64,000 bases of DNA from an uncultured candidate division Zixibacteria bacterium (GCA_963735035.1 CAVTJJ010000003.1:455328-519327), one strand, 5' to 3'; shown: positions 10,601-21,217, counted from the first letter of the stretch. A program made the numbers and translations. The notes: generated by a model from the letters alone, not told the origin.

Positions 10601-12714
10601 ATTTCACCGAACCGGAAAAAGCACGCCAGGGATATCAACTGGCTCTGGCGCAAGGCTGGGTGAAAGACTACCCGCTGTCTATTCGCCGGGTCTCCGGTCA
10701 GGCAATCGACGTCCTATACAATGCTGCCGCATACCGAAATGAAGCCGGTGTATTACAGGGTGTGTTTGCGGTGGCACGCGACATCACCAAACGCAAACTA
10801 GCTGAAGAGGCGCTTCAGACAAGCGAACGCAAATTCAGGTCGCTGTTTGAGGAGTCACTGGATTGCCTTTTTGTCACTTCGCCCGAAGGCCAAATTGTTG
10901 ATATGAACAAGAAGGGCGTTTCTCTGTTCGGCTATGACACCAAAGAAGAGATTTTCGCCCTCGATCTGGCCCGCGACGTCTACGCCAATCCGGAAGATCG
11001 GAAGCGCGTCCTCGGTTTGCTGGGTGACCATGGCGATGCCGAATATGAAGTCGAGGTCAAGAAGAAGAACGGCGAAACGTTCACAGCGCACTGTCTGCTT
11101 TATGCGTCCAAGAGCGAGGATGGCGTGGTTACGTCATACCGGGGTACCCTCAGAGACGTCACGGACAAGAGACAGGCGGAAGAAGAGCTCAGACAGGCCA
11201 AGGAAGACTGGGAGCGTACTTTTGATGCCGTCACAGACCTCGTATTCATCCAGGACACAAACGGCCGCATATTGCGAACAAACAGAGCCTTGAGCGACCG
11301 GCTGAAGAAGACCCCTGAGGAACTCTCCGGCATGCGTTGCTATGAACTGATGCATGACAGCCATACTCCGCCGGCGAATTGTCCTCGTTCGTTGATGTTG
11401 AGCAGTGGGTCGAGTCATGTCAGCGAGATCACTGAATCGTGTTTGTGCGGGTCTTTCCTCGTGAATATCTCTCCCATCCGCGATACCGCGGGGACAATGG
11501 TGGGTTCGGTTCATGTGGCGCGCGACATCACCGAAACCAAGCGTCTTCAAGATTTGGAGAGCCGGGCCCAGCGGCTGGATACGGCAGGGCGCATTGCCGG
11601 TCAGGTGGCGCATGATCTCAATAACCTCTTGGCTCCGATCACAGCCTATCCGGACCTTATTCGCGAACTGCTTCCCCAGGATGACCCGTCGCAGAAATAT
11701 CTGGATGCCATTGAATCGGCCGGTAGCCGGATTGCCGAGATAAATCAGCAGCTTCTGACTTTGAGCCGAAGAGGCCATTACAGCCAGGATGTTCTGCACC
11801 TCAACGCCATCGTCGACCAGGCGATAGAAGACCTCGGGGCGTTGCCGGAAGGTGTAAGTTGCGAGGCCATACTTTGTTCCGATCTGATGAATATCATCGG
11901 TGGCAATGCCCAGCTACATCGCGTAATTCTGAACCTGCTCGCCAACGCGCGCGATGCAGTTGGGAATAGCGGCCATATTGTTGTCAGGACCGAAAACATA
12001 TATGTCGACGAGACCACGATCAAGTATGACCGGGTTCCCAAAGGGGAATACGCCAAGGTCACGATAAGCGATAACGGAACCGGCATTCCTCCGGAAATCG
12101 TACAGAAGATTTTCGATCCCTTCTTCACTACCAAGACTACCGACAGGAGACGTGGTTCCGGACTGGGATTGAGCGTGGTAGAGGCGGTGGTAAAGGACCA
12201 CCGTGGGTACATCGATTTACACACCGAAGTCGGCAAGGGAACTTCATTCTATCTGTATTTTCCGGTGACGCGCGAATCACTTGTCGAGACGGTCGACCTG
12301 GGGATCCCCACCGGAAGCGAGTCCATTATTGCGGTCGACGACGACGATGTGCAGCGCGACGTGCTGAGTCGGCTGCTGTCCACCCTGGGATACCAGGTAA
12401 CTACCTGCGAAACCGGTGAAAAAGCCATCGCCGTTCTTCGGGAACACTCACACGACCTGATGATCGTCGACATGATCATGCCGGGCGGCATTGACGGAGT
12501 CGAAACGTACCGTCAGGCGCTGGAGATCAATCCGAATCAGCGGGCCATTATTGTCTCGGGCTTTTCGGAAACCGAAAAGGTACACGAGGCCCTGGCGATG
12601 GGGGCGGGCGCGTTCGTGAAGAAACCGCTCAACCGAAGCATCATCGCCACTGCTGTCAGAACCGAATTGGACAAGGCGACCAAGGCGGAAACTGAGCCAA
12701 CGTCCATATCCTGA
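7627..12714 (+). CDS. multi-sensor hybrid histidine kinase (1695 aa): two TM helices with a periplasmic sensor domain, about eight PAS/PAC repeats, HisKA, HATPase_c and a C-terminal receiver domain
   Basis: TM1 LWFAPTILMGAFIVVSLTVFWLI and TM2 LLLLELLCLGFAVGLAYAMW. Repeated PAS signatures (e.g. ITWSEEYYRIYG, RHADGSYRWV, DITERKLAEEAL). H-box VAHDLNNLLAPI, G-boxes DNGTGI and GSGLGLSVV. Receiver IAVDDDDVQRDV...DLMIVDMIMPG...KKPL. GGAGG-like sequence upstream of the ATG. Confidence 0.9.
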   Translation: MGNRENTGKSVAGGDKPTDKSLKGTKLRSLWFAPTILMGAFIVVSLTVFWLIQVKDFSTKRDQLVENAESTAENIRLRLKGNQDYLLMLAAGRSDSMMDAESFQKRASRYVQDHPELINITWVDANFVIRDVAPLTPNKQILGLSLELPEPKRASHLARELRKPIYTRPFEAIQGKPSFELWVPVFKGPIFQGLFAAVYSCERLTRELVPPQQLEHNQVGLVNMEGDVLWETAASATTDDRLTHEVPLTLPDGGLLLRFRGYGSGVIERGLLLLELLCLGFAVGLAYAMWRLKSSLEASKKAEESSRKSEKDLREAQRVARIGSWDWDSATDTITWSEEYYRIYGVDPTHQPPGYVEHLKAYTSESATRLDEAVKQNMQTGEPYEVDLELAHSGGTTRWVTARSETKRNARGEIVGLRGTAQDITDRKNAEDSVRSLGLEMQTIYDNTYTLFAYLDRDFNFVRVNRAYAEADGKTPDFFIGKNHFELYPHPENEAIFHNVVATGKPYVAHAKPFEYPDHPEWGVTYWDWSLVPVLGDDKAVTGLIFTLLNVTVQKRAEQKLAQLAAIVASSDDAIIGKTLEGDVTSWNRGAEAIYGYTESEMIGKSLSLLIPPDRRGELATILDKISNREHIELYETVRLRKDGQRIHVSLTISPVIDESGTIVGISTISRDITKRRLAEEQLRVSEEKYRSLVDAAAIGITMISPQMEVLSINRQFQQWFPDVDATKRPICFKAFNNPPRDEFCSYCPVVKTLEDGQVHTSVTETPVGGTIRNYQVISSPVRDSEGNIIAAIEIVEDITDRQEIEQRLRESEERLRLTLEATQIGIWDWDVTNDKWYASPIYYTMLGYEPKTGPADRSEWMERTHPDDRAHVTERIQDVLSGDFEEYRYETRMRHADGSYRWVQVEGFGIERDQDGQVTRLLGIRRDITERKLAEEALRSASLYTRSLIEVSLDPLVTISPIGTIMDVNRATELATGVSRDNLIGSDFCDYFTEPEKARQGYQLALAQGWVKDYPLSIRRVSGQAIDVLYNAAAYRNEAGVLQGVFAVARDITKRKLAEEALQTSERKFRSLFEESLDCLFVTSPEGQIVDMNKKGVSLFGYDTKEEIFALDLARDVYANPEDRKRVLGLLGDHGDAEYEVEVKKKNGETFTAHCLLYASKSEDGVVTSYRGTLRDVTDKRQAEEELRQAKEDWERTFDAVTDLVFIQDTNGRILRTNRALSDRLKKTPEELSGMRCYELMHDSHTPPANCPRSLMLSSGSSHVSEITESCLCGSFLVNISPIRDTAGTMVGSVHVARDITETKRLQDLESRAQRLDTAGRIAGQVAHDLNNLLAPITAYPDLIRELLPQDDPSQKYLDAIESAGSRIAEINQQLLTLSRRGHYSQDVLHLNAIVDQAIEDLGALPEGVSCEAILCSDLMNIIGGNAQLHRVILNLLANARDAVGNSGHIVVRTENIYVDETTIKYDRVPKGEYAKVTISDNGTGIPPEIVQKIFDPFFTTKTTDRRRGSGLGLSVVEAVVKDHRGYIDLHTEVGKGTSFYLYFPVTRESLVETVDLGIPTGSESIIAVDDDDVQRDVLSRLLSTLGYQVTTCETGEKAIAVLREHSHDLMIVDMIMPGGIDGVETYRQALEINPNQRAIIVSGFSETEKVHEALAMGAGAFVKKPLNRSIIATAVRTELDKATKAETEPTSIS

Positions 12715-12758
12715 CACGACGGACTCAATTTGTCCGACCCACTGTGGTGATCTATCGC

Positions 12759-14705
12759 CTAGAGTGTTCCTTTCCTAATCAGCGAAATGACACTCTGCAT
12801 CGTGACGCTGTCATCATCGAAGCCGCCGTGGGTGGAGCTCTGTGATTCCTTCCCCGGCGCGAGCCAGAGCTTCGTATTTCGGAGATTCAGGGGCTTTATT
12901 TCGCTTTCGATAAACTTCTCCATCCCCAGAATCGGAACTTCCCGGCCCTTCTCAAATGATTGCGAAACCAGATACAGCAGCGATCGGCCATAACCCAGGA
13001 TGGGTCGACAGGTATTGTCACTCAACTCTGCAGCCTTGCTCAGGTTGAACAGATTGAGTCGCTTCACTCCGCCGTTTTTCAAAGGCGATAGCATTGTCTT
13101 CTTGAAGTCATCGACACGCACGGCCGGCGCCAGGAAATTCACACTTTCGAACTTCCACCCTAGCGCGCAAAGCTTGTCGACGATATGACAGTGCAGAATT
13201 GATCCGGCCGAATGACCAATCAAATGCAGCCGCACTTTGGAGAGGTTATCGAAGTGCGGAGATTTGCCACAGGCTTCGTAGATTTGAAAACCCCCGCTCT
13301 TCGGCTTGCCTTCTTCCGGTTCCTGTGAGATCGCCTCGGCGTTCTGCTTCATCTCGCCCCAGACCGCCGAGCCTGGCACGGACAGAAGCTTTTCCAGTCG
13401 CTCGTCCCACCACCGAGTGAGGCTGGCGAGAGGTCCACTGGTCGGGCGGGGATAACCGGTTACTATATCCTGGAGTCGTCCTTTGAGGGTTGACCAGAGA
13501 TCGGTTTCCCACATCAAAAAGATGGGAAAGATCTTGTTGTCGTAGAGGGCCGGAATCCATTTGGCCGCAGTCTCGGCGGCGGCTTCTTCGGATGTCAATC
13601 CCCCGTGGGCATAGATCGCTATGTCAACCGGTTGATTAGGCTTCAGTTTGAAGGTCTCTCGTGCCTTGGTGAGGTGGTCGTTGACCAGTGCCCGGACATC
13701 GGCGTCGTTGGTACGAAACGCCCCGGTGTTACTCAACAGGCCGTTATTCCCCATATCAATGATGAAGGGGCTAATTTCTCTTCTGCGAAGCGCCGCGTCC
13801 GAGGCCAATTGCACAATGCCGTTGCTCACGCGCAAAGTTGCGGATTGCGCTATGTCATCGTGCGATTTGGTGACGACTCCCAGTTGCGCCACCCAGCAGT
13901 CCATGGCATTTTCCAACCAGTCTTCGTACGTGAGTACCGCATGCCCGCCGGTTCCCCAACCGGTACCCCAGGAATTCTGAATGACGAACCCCTCCTGGTC
14001 GTAGCCCACGATTACGAACGCATGACCACCATCACCCGGACCAGCCTTCTGACAGGTAATGACATGGTACTTACTGTTCTTCGACTTGATCGGTTTGTCC
14101 CAGCCCGAATGACACACGGCGCTCGCGTACAGAATGCCGACCTCGTTCAGAGCGACATGCATATCGGTGACCGAGCGCGAGTCGATTCGATAATAGGCGC
14201 CCAACGGCCGTCGGACGGCATCGAGCCACCAATCCTTTTCCGGCTTGACATCCTTGCCTACCGGCATCGGCTCGGATATCCACAGCTTGTAGGCGCAGGC
14301 GCCATGCTTGTACCACCCTTTCATCGCGCCCCGCAAGCTCGATCCGGTATCGGCCCCGGGATCACCGGGGAACTCGTCGTAACGACGCGCCATCGAATAG
14401 AGCATGAATGGCGAAACCCGGCACTCTGCCGGCGGACGCTTCGCGGCGCGTTGCACATGATCGACGACACTGGCGAGGGCGAACCCGGTGCAGGCGTTGG
14501 TATCCTCCTGATTGAGAACCGGCAGGTTGTACTTTGGCTCGAGTTTCGGACCGGGGACGAGCGCGACCGTTGGTTGATAGACCCGATCACGGAGATCAAT
14601 CTTGTCCGGGACGACGTTTCGGATGAGGCCGAACCGTCTGGCCGGTTTAGCCAACTTCGGTGAGCTTTTCTTCTTCGCGGTCATAGAGATTCCCTCCATT
14701 ATCAT
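12759..14705 (-). CDS. two-domain protein: N-terminal papain-like (peptidase C1-type) cysteine protease domain fused to a C-terminal alpha/beta-hydrolase (GHSAG nucleophile elbow) domain; no signal peptide
   Basis: Catalytic-triad context of the papain fold: Q...NACTGFALASV (Cys), GGHAFVIVGYD (His), NSWGTGWGTGG (Asn/Trp). C-terminal half has IYAHGG...HLIGHSAGSIL, a serine-hydrolase elbow. N-terminus MIMEGISMTAKKKSSPKLAKP is basic with no h-region. Confidence 0.7.
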   Translation of the reverse strand: MIMEGISMTAKKKSSPKLAKPARRFGLIRNVVPDKIDLRDRVYQPTVALVPGPKLEPKYNLPVLNQEDTNACTGFALASVVDHVQRAAKRPPAECRVSPFMLYSMARRYDEFPGDPGADTGSSLRGAMKGWYKHGACAYKLWISEPMPVGKDVKPEKDWWLDAVRRPLGAYYRIDSRSVTDMHVALNEVGILYASAVCHSGWDKPIKSKNSKYHVITCQKAGPGDGGHAFVIVGYDQEGFVIQNSWGTGWGTGGHAVLTYEDWLENAMDCWVAQLGVVTKSHDDIAQSATLRVSNGIVQLASDAALRRREISPFIIDMGNNGLLSNTGAFRTNDADVRALVNDHLTKARETFKLKPNQPVDIAIYAHGGLTSEEAAAETAAKWIPALYDNKIFPIFLMWETDLWSTLKGRLQDIVTGYPRPTSGPLASLTRWWDERLEKLLSVPGSAVWGEMKQNAEAISQEPEEGKPKSGGFQIYEACGKSPHFDNLSKVRLHLIGHSAGSILHCHIVDKLCALGWKFESVNFLAPAVRVDDFKKTMLSPLKNGGVKRLNLFNLSKAAELSDNTCRPILGYGRSLLYLVSQSFEKGREVPILGMEKFIESEIKPLNLRNTKLWLAPGKESQSSTHGGFDDDSVTMQSVISLIRKGTL

Positions 14706-14830
14706 TCTGACGGCTGCCTGAGTCTTATTGCTTACCTCAGGAACTTCACCCTGTATGTTTACTCACTATGTGACGGACATAATTACGAGTACCGTCGATA
14801 GACATGTCAAATGGCTGTCAAAACCTACCG

Positions 14831-16515
14831 CTACTTAACGAACTGGTCGGCGTAGTACTTGGCCGTCAGTTTTTCTCCGGTGGCTCGCTCGACCATATCG
14901 TTCCAGAAATAGACCGCTCCCGGTGTGAATACTTTGTCCCGAAAATACCTGCCGACTTTCTTATCGAGCGCAAAATCGGCCGCATACGGATCGGATGTCT
15001 TTAGCACACTGCTCCCAATTGTATGCGCGAATTGCGATGCCAACAACTCACCCATCAGATAGTTGTGGTAGTACACCGGCGAAGTGGCGAGATGAATCTT
15101 GGAGGCCCAGTCGGGTTCGTTGCGTCCCCTGGGCTGCTTCAGCAGTTGATACTTCTCGACCAAATCCCACCAGAGCTTGTTAAGATCCTGATCCGGATTG
15201 TCGTAGAGCGACCGCTCGAAACGGACCATTACCTGACACCAGCGACTGAACACAAGCTGCTCGGTGCGCTGCATCTGACGGCAAGCGCCGGCTACCGGCT
15301 CAACCTGGGTTTTCGGTACTCCTGCAACCCTCTCCAGCCATGACGGATTCGCCGCAAGCCGTCCGAAAAACAAGGCCACCGCCTCAGTCGTGACCGAATG
15401 GGCGGCGCCCCGCAGAAGCCAGGGTCGGCGAGGTTCGTTGTAATAGTCATACACCCCGTGACCGAGTTCATGCAGCAGAGTATTCATCCAGTAATAGTCC
15501 GGTCGCACACTGCACAGGATGCGTACATCGCCGGCCCGGTCGATATCAATCGACTGCGCGTGCTGATACTTCCCCGGTTTCTCGTAGAGATCACTGTGGG
15601 CGATGATACTGTCCGCCGGAATGCCGATCCCCGCGAAATAGGTACGCGCCAGCCCGACGACATCTTTGCCGCGATAAAATGAGCCCAGATCAACGTCATA
15701 GATGCCGGGCGCTTCCTGGAAGAACCGGTTTTGATAGTGCCACGGCTGCAATTCGCTGGGAGACACTCGATATCGAAGAGACAATGCTGAATCGATCTGG
15801 CCTTTCAATACTACGAAGGCGCCCCGTGTCAGCGAGTCGAGTTGGTCGAAGAGCGACGCAATCTCGGCCGGTTTCTGCTCGGCCAGTATCAATTGCATCT
15901 CGTAGTAATTGGCGAAACCGAGTTTCACCGCCGCCTGGTTGCGCAGCTTGACCAAAGCAATTATGTCAGTGGCCAGTTCACTCCCGACCTTCTTACTGGC
16001 CTTCCAAACGGATTCCAACTCGCGAGAGTCGTTGGAAGTCCGAAGGATCGAATCGATTTGATTGTCGTTCAATTCTTGATCGCCGACACGCGTGCGAAAG
16101 GTATTGAAGCGCTGCTCGATATCGCTCTGGCGGCGCACCATCTCGGCCAATATGGCGGGGTCCACCTGACGGCCCAGGTAGGACAGGTAGACAAGCTCCA
16201 ATTGACGTTTCAGCAATTGATCGGTGATCTGGGGGGATTCGCGAAAAGCCTTCACGCGGGCAAAGGTTATCGTGTCGGCATGGAATTCGTCGAGCGCCAC
16301 GGTGGCTTTCTCCGACTGCGCATAATCCTCATCCTTGCCGGAAACCATCGCGTTGAAATAGGACAGTCCCTCCTCGCGGCTTAGGGGGATGACTTTCGCC
16401 TGGTAATCCTTGAGGAACGTGGTCAGTTGCTGTTCGGTCACGGTCTCCAGACCTCCGAAGGTACAGGCTGCAAGAACGAAGATCAGGCCGGCGGAAAACA
16501 TTAGAATACTCTTCA
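14831..16515 (-). CDS. peptidase M2 family (angiotensin-converting-enzyme-like peptidyl-dipeptidase), predicted lipoprotein
   Basis: HELGH zinc motif followed by RPWLLRGAAHSVTTEAVALFFG, which parallels the ACE [22 protein letters not shown] block carrying the third zinc-ligand Glu. Signal peptide with lipobox MKSILMFSAGLIFVLAAC. Start moved to the internal Met at 16515; the track ORF extends to 16606. Confidence 0.75.
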
Positions 16516-16727
16516 TGACACTTCCTTGTGCGTTGCGTGTGTATGCCGTCTGGCCTTTGTACAGCCAAAGACAAGTATGGCTAATGAATTTGTGCCCGCT
16601 TGGCAAGAGAAGCGATCAGCCGGATTGGCCAAAACTGATGCGTCCGGGGACGGCATCGGTCACGCCGACCCGGAAATAGACATGTAATATGGTATGGGCG
16701 TTGGAGTTAACTTTGCGACGCGGCCTC

Positions 16728-19700
16728 TTAGCTCTGGGTCGCCCCGGACGAGTCATACGAGGTCGTCCCGGTGACTACGACCCCGCCCATTTGGCCCGTG
16801 GCCACAGCATCGGCCGGTTCAGTAACGGTCGCTTTGCTTTCGGATTTGGACCCCGACAACAAAGTGTAAACCACAGGGACCAAAATGAGTGTCAAGAAGG
16901 TCGAAAATAGCATCCCGCCAACAACGGCTATCCCAAGGGGACGGCGCGATTCTGCACCTGCTCCCAGCCCAATTGCAATGGGCAACACTCCGAATATGGT
17001 CGCAAACGAAGTCATCAGGATTGGCCGCAATCTAATTGCCGACGCATTCACGACTGCCTCGATCACACTCCGTGAGGTTCTACGCAATTGATTCGCATAC
17101 TCGACAATCAAGATCGAGTTCTTGGTCACCAGCCCTATGAGCATGATCAGACCGATTTGCGAATATATATTTATGCTCTGCTTTAGAACGAAGAGCGAAA
17201 TCAGCGCCCCTACTACGGCCAGCGGTACCGACAGGAGAATAGTCAATGGATGGATAAAGCTTTCGAACTGGGCGGCCAGCACCAGGAAGATAAAAACCAC
17301 GGCGAAGAGAAAGAGGAAGTACAACGTAGAGCTCGAATCGCGAAATTCACGCGACTGTCCGGACAGATCGGTCTTCACCCCCGCCGGGAGATCGGCGGCA
17401 GCAATCTTGTCGAGATCATCGAGGGCCTGGCCCAGGCTGACTCCCGGCGCCAAGGTTGGCCGAGATGGTCGCCGAGCGTACGCGATTGAAATGGTTCAGC
17501 TCTTTCGGCGCGACGGTCTCGCGCATGTTCACTACGGTCGCCAGCTGCACCAGCCCGCCTTTGCCGCGCACGTAGAGTTCTTCTATCGTATTCGGCGTGG
17601 CCCGGTCGGACGGTTTCATCTGGGTGATGACGTCGTACTGCTTGGCGCCACGCTTGAAATTGCCCACTACTCGTCCGCCAAGATATGTCTCCAGGGCAGT
17701 GCCGATATCGGTCACCGACACACCCAGACCGGCGGCGCGCGCGCGGTCGATGGACAGATCCAGTTGCGGTTTGTTGAGGCGAAGGTCCGTGTCGAGATTG
17801 ATCAGATACCCGAGCTTGCTCGCCTTGGCCATCATCGCACCGACTGCGGCCTGCAGCTCTTCGTACGTGTCCGCCTGAAGAACGTACTGCACCGGCGAGG
17901 CAAAATCTTGCCCGAGCGACGGCGGGTTGATTAGAAAAGCCAGCACCCCCGGAATACCCAGCAGGCGCGGGAACATCTGCGCCACGACTTCCTGCTGCGA
18001 GCGGCTCCGTTCGCTGCGCGGCTTGAAGCACAGAAAAACGAATCCATTTGTAACCCGACCCGGTCCGCCAAATCCTAGCCCGGTGGCCGTAAACAGACCG
18101 GCGCGTTCCGGAAGGGGCATCAGGGCCGCTTCCACCTGTCGCATGTACCGGTCAGTATATTCCAGCGTGGCTCCTTCCGGTGCGATCACGATGCCGAAAG
18201 CGGTGCCACGGTCCTCGGTCGGTACCAACTCGCTCGGGATGATTTTCAGCATGAGCCCCGATAAACCAACCAACACTACCACGCCAAATACCGATGCCAC
18301 GCGGTGGCGTAGCACGAATCCCAGCGTGCGACGGTAGGTACGGTCGAGCCAGTCAAAGAAGTTGTCAAATGAACGCGAGGCCCAGTTGCTGCTGGCGCCG
18401 TGCAGCGGCTTCAACAACCGAGAGCAAAGCATTGGTGTGAGGGTCAGCGCCACAAAACCCGATATCAACACGGCCACGGCTACGGTCAGGCCGAACTCGT
18501 TGAACAACCGTCCGACATTTCCCTGCAGAAACGCCAGAGGCACAAACACCGCCACCAGCGAGACGGTTGTTGCGAGCACCGCAAAACCAATCTCATTGGC
18601 GCCGTCGAACGCGGCCTGAAGCCGGGTCTTCCCCATCTCCATATGGCGATAGACATTCTCGAGCACAACTATGGCGTCGTCGACCACCAGACCGATTGCG
18701 AGCACCAGCGCAAGCAATGTCAGGATGTTGATCGTGAAACCAAAGAAGTAGGCGAAGGCGAACGCGCCGATGATCGACGCCGGAATGGCGAATGTCGGGA
18801 TGATAGTCGCGCGGAAACTCTTCAAGAAGAGCAAAATGACAATCACCACCAATATGATGGCGAGCACCAGCGTCTGGCTAACCTCACCGATCGATTCCTG
18901 GATGAAAGTCGCTGAGTTGTACGCAACGTCCAACCGCATGCCGTCCGGTAACAGCTTGGACAGCTCCGGAAGATCATTGATCACGGCTTTGGCGACATCG
19001 ATCGTACTCGCCTTGGACTGCTTGACTATTCCCAGTCCGATAGCCGGCTGGCCGTTGTACCGAACTGCCGTGCGCTCGTCCTCGGCGCCGAGAGAAACCT
19101 GGGAGACATCCCCCAGTTTGACAAAATCGTCACCGTTCTGCTTGACGATGATCGCGGCAAATTCCTCGGGCGTGGCGAGATCGCCGCGCGTACGAACCGA
19201 GAATTCTCGTCCTTCACCTTCCACTCGTCCTGCCGGAATCTCCACATTTTCGCGCAGAATCGCCGCTTCGACATCGGCCGTGGTCAAACCGTGCGCGGCC
19301 ATGCGCTGGGCATCGAGCCAGACCCGCATGGCATAACGTCGTTCTCCGCCGAGAAAGATCGATCCAACCCCGGGCAAGCGCTGGATACGATCTTTGAGGA
19401 CACGATCAGCTATGTCGGTCAGTTCGAGATTCGAGTGCCGGGGGCTCGACAGCGCCAGCCAGACAATCGGCTGAGCGTTGACATCGACCTTCTCAATGAT
19501 CGGTTCGTCGGCTTCGCGGGGCAGTCTTCCTCGGATTCGCGAGACCCGGTCGCGCACGTCGTTGGCGGCCTCATCGACGTTACGTCCCAACTCAAATTCG
19601 ATCGTGATTATCGAACCCTGTTCCTGGCTGGACGAGGTCAGGGTCTTCACACCTTCGACGGTCGAAAGCTCTTCTTCGAGAACGTCGGTTATTTCGGTTT

Positions 19701-19878
19701 CAATAACGTTAGGGCTGGCGCCCCGGTAGATGGTCGAAATCGACACGATGGGCGGGTCGATATCGGGATATTCGCGAACCGGCAGGCGGGTAAATGCTAC
19801 CAGGCCTAGTAATATGATAATCAGCGTCAGGACCAGAGCCAGAACCGGTCGCTTGATTGAGATTTCACTCAGTTTCAC
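16728..19878 (-). CDS. RND efflux permease (AcrB/HAE1-like), interrupted by a +1 frameshift near 17436–17453 (pseudogene or assembly error)
   Basis: The 820-aa track ORF (MKLSEISIKRPVLALVLTLII...) ends ...ISANLGAGSQPGPGPR*. The 241-aa track ORF continues ...APGVSLGQALDDLDKIAAADL... in the +1 frame. Deleting one base in aacctTggcgccggga restores the expected ISANL-APGVSLGQAL junction of RND pumps. Confidence 0.85.
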
Positions 19879-19891
19879 CTGAGACCTCCAC

Positions 19892-20968
19892 TTACGGAAT
19901 CGCTGGAGCAGACGGCGCGCTGGCCTGCGTTATCGGAACGACCCGTGCGCCTTCGAACAGCTTTTGGTGTCCGGCACGCACGACGGTCATCCCGGATTTG
20001 AGGCCGCTCAGGACCTCGACCGTCTGACGTTGGCGACTGCCGAGGTTGACGGCTGTCCGCGCCACAGTGCTGTCGGGCTTCACTACGAACACGAGGTTTT
20101 GATTGCCCTCAGCGAAAACCGCCTCATCGGGAATTACCAGCGCCTGATCGCGCTCGCTCAGCACTACCGAGACATTGGCCGACATGCCCGGACGGAATTT
20201 GTTTCCCTGGTTCTTGACGTGGGCGATAATCCTTGCGCTGCGAGTGGCCTCATCGACCACCGGCTCGACTACCTCGATAGTACCGTTAAGTGAGAAATCA
20301 GGATAGGCGGTGGTCGACACGACGACCTGGGCGCCGCGCTTCAATTCGGAAAAGTACCGTTCCGGCGCCGCGAAGGTAACTTTGAGCTCGTCAAGCTGCG
20401 CCAGATCGGTAATGGCCGTACCGGGACGAACAAAGGCTCCGGGGCTGATGCGCCGAGCCCCGATAACCCCATCAAAGGGTGCAACGATTCTCGTCTTGGC
20501 CAGACTAGCGGCGATCATGGCGGAATCCGATTCAGCCACTTTGAGCGCAGCGGAAGCGTCGTCGTAATCCTGCGGCGATACGGCGCCCTGGTCGGCTAAC
20601 CCTTTGATGCGGTTATAGGTGACTCTCTTTTGGTCCAGTACTGCCTTGGCCCGCGCCAGTTGGGCCTGCAATTGGGAATCGTCGAGTTGCGCGATCAAAT
20701 CGCCTTTGTGGATGGCCGCCCCTTCGCGAAACGGCAGGTCACGCACGAGGGCGTCGATTTCCGATACGACCGTAATGGCCTCTACCGCATCGATTGTGCC
20801 AACCGCGTCGAAACGGTCAGTCACCACGTTGGGGTGAACCTCCGCCACTTCGACCGGCGTCGGCGGTGGTGTAAAACCTCCGGCCGGATGTTGAGCGGAG
20901 CAACCTGCAAGCATCAACAGAATCGCTCCCATCCAGTTGAAAGCCAGTGCCTTTGGAATTGTGTTCAC
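19892..20968 (-). CDS. RND efflux periplasmic adaptor (AcrA/MexA-type membrane fusion protein), lipoprotein
   Basis: Lipobox LMLAGCSAQ. Lipoyl/alpha-hairpin/beta-barrel segments (HLYD-like). Immediately upstream of, and co-oriented with, the RND permease. Confidence 0.85.
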   Translation of the reverse strand: MNTIPKALAFNWMGAILLMLAGCSAQHPAGGFTPPPTPVEVAEVHPNVVTDRFDAVGTIDAVEAITVVSEIDALVRDLPFREGAAIHKGDLIAQLDDSQLQAQLARAKAVLDQKRVTYNRIKGLADQGAVSPQDYDDASAALKVAESDSAMIAASLAKTRIVAPFDGVIGARRISPGAFVRPGTAITDLAQLDELKVTFAAPERYFSELKRGAQVVVSTTAYPDFSLNGTIEVVEPVVDEATRSARIIAHVKNQGNKFRPGMSANVSVVLSERDQALVIPDEAVFAEGNQNLVFVVKPDSTVARTAVNLGSRQRQTVEVLSGLKSGMTVVRAGHQKLFEGARVVPITQASAPSAPAIP

Positions 20969-21217
20969 TTGGATCTCCGTCGACTAGTCGAGTTCAGCCT
21001 TAAGCCTGCGACCTCTTGGCGCAATATCAGATTATAATGACAGAGAGGTGGGCATGGTTCCCACAGAATGGACTTTTATAGTCTGCGTTAGAAATTAGTG
21101 AGGCTGCAGGCGCGGCTTAGACAGCAGGTTCCCGCGAACGGTGATTTTGGGTGTGGCGCGAAATCAGGCCGGACCGTTGATGAAACGATCCGGCGCGCAA
21201 TCTTGGGAAGATACCGA

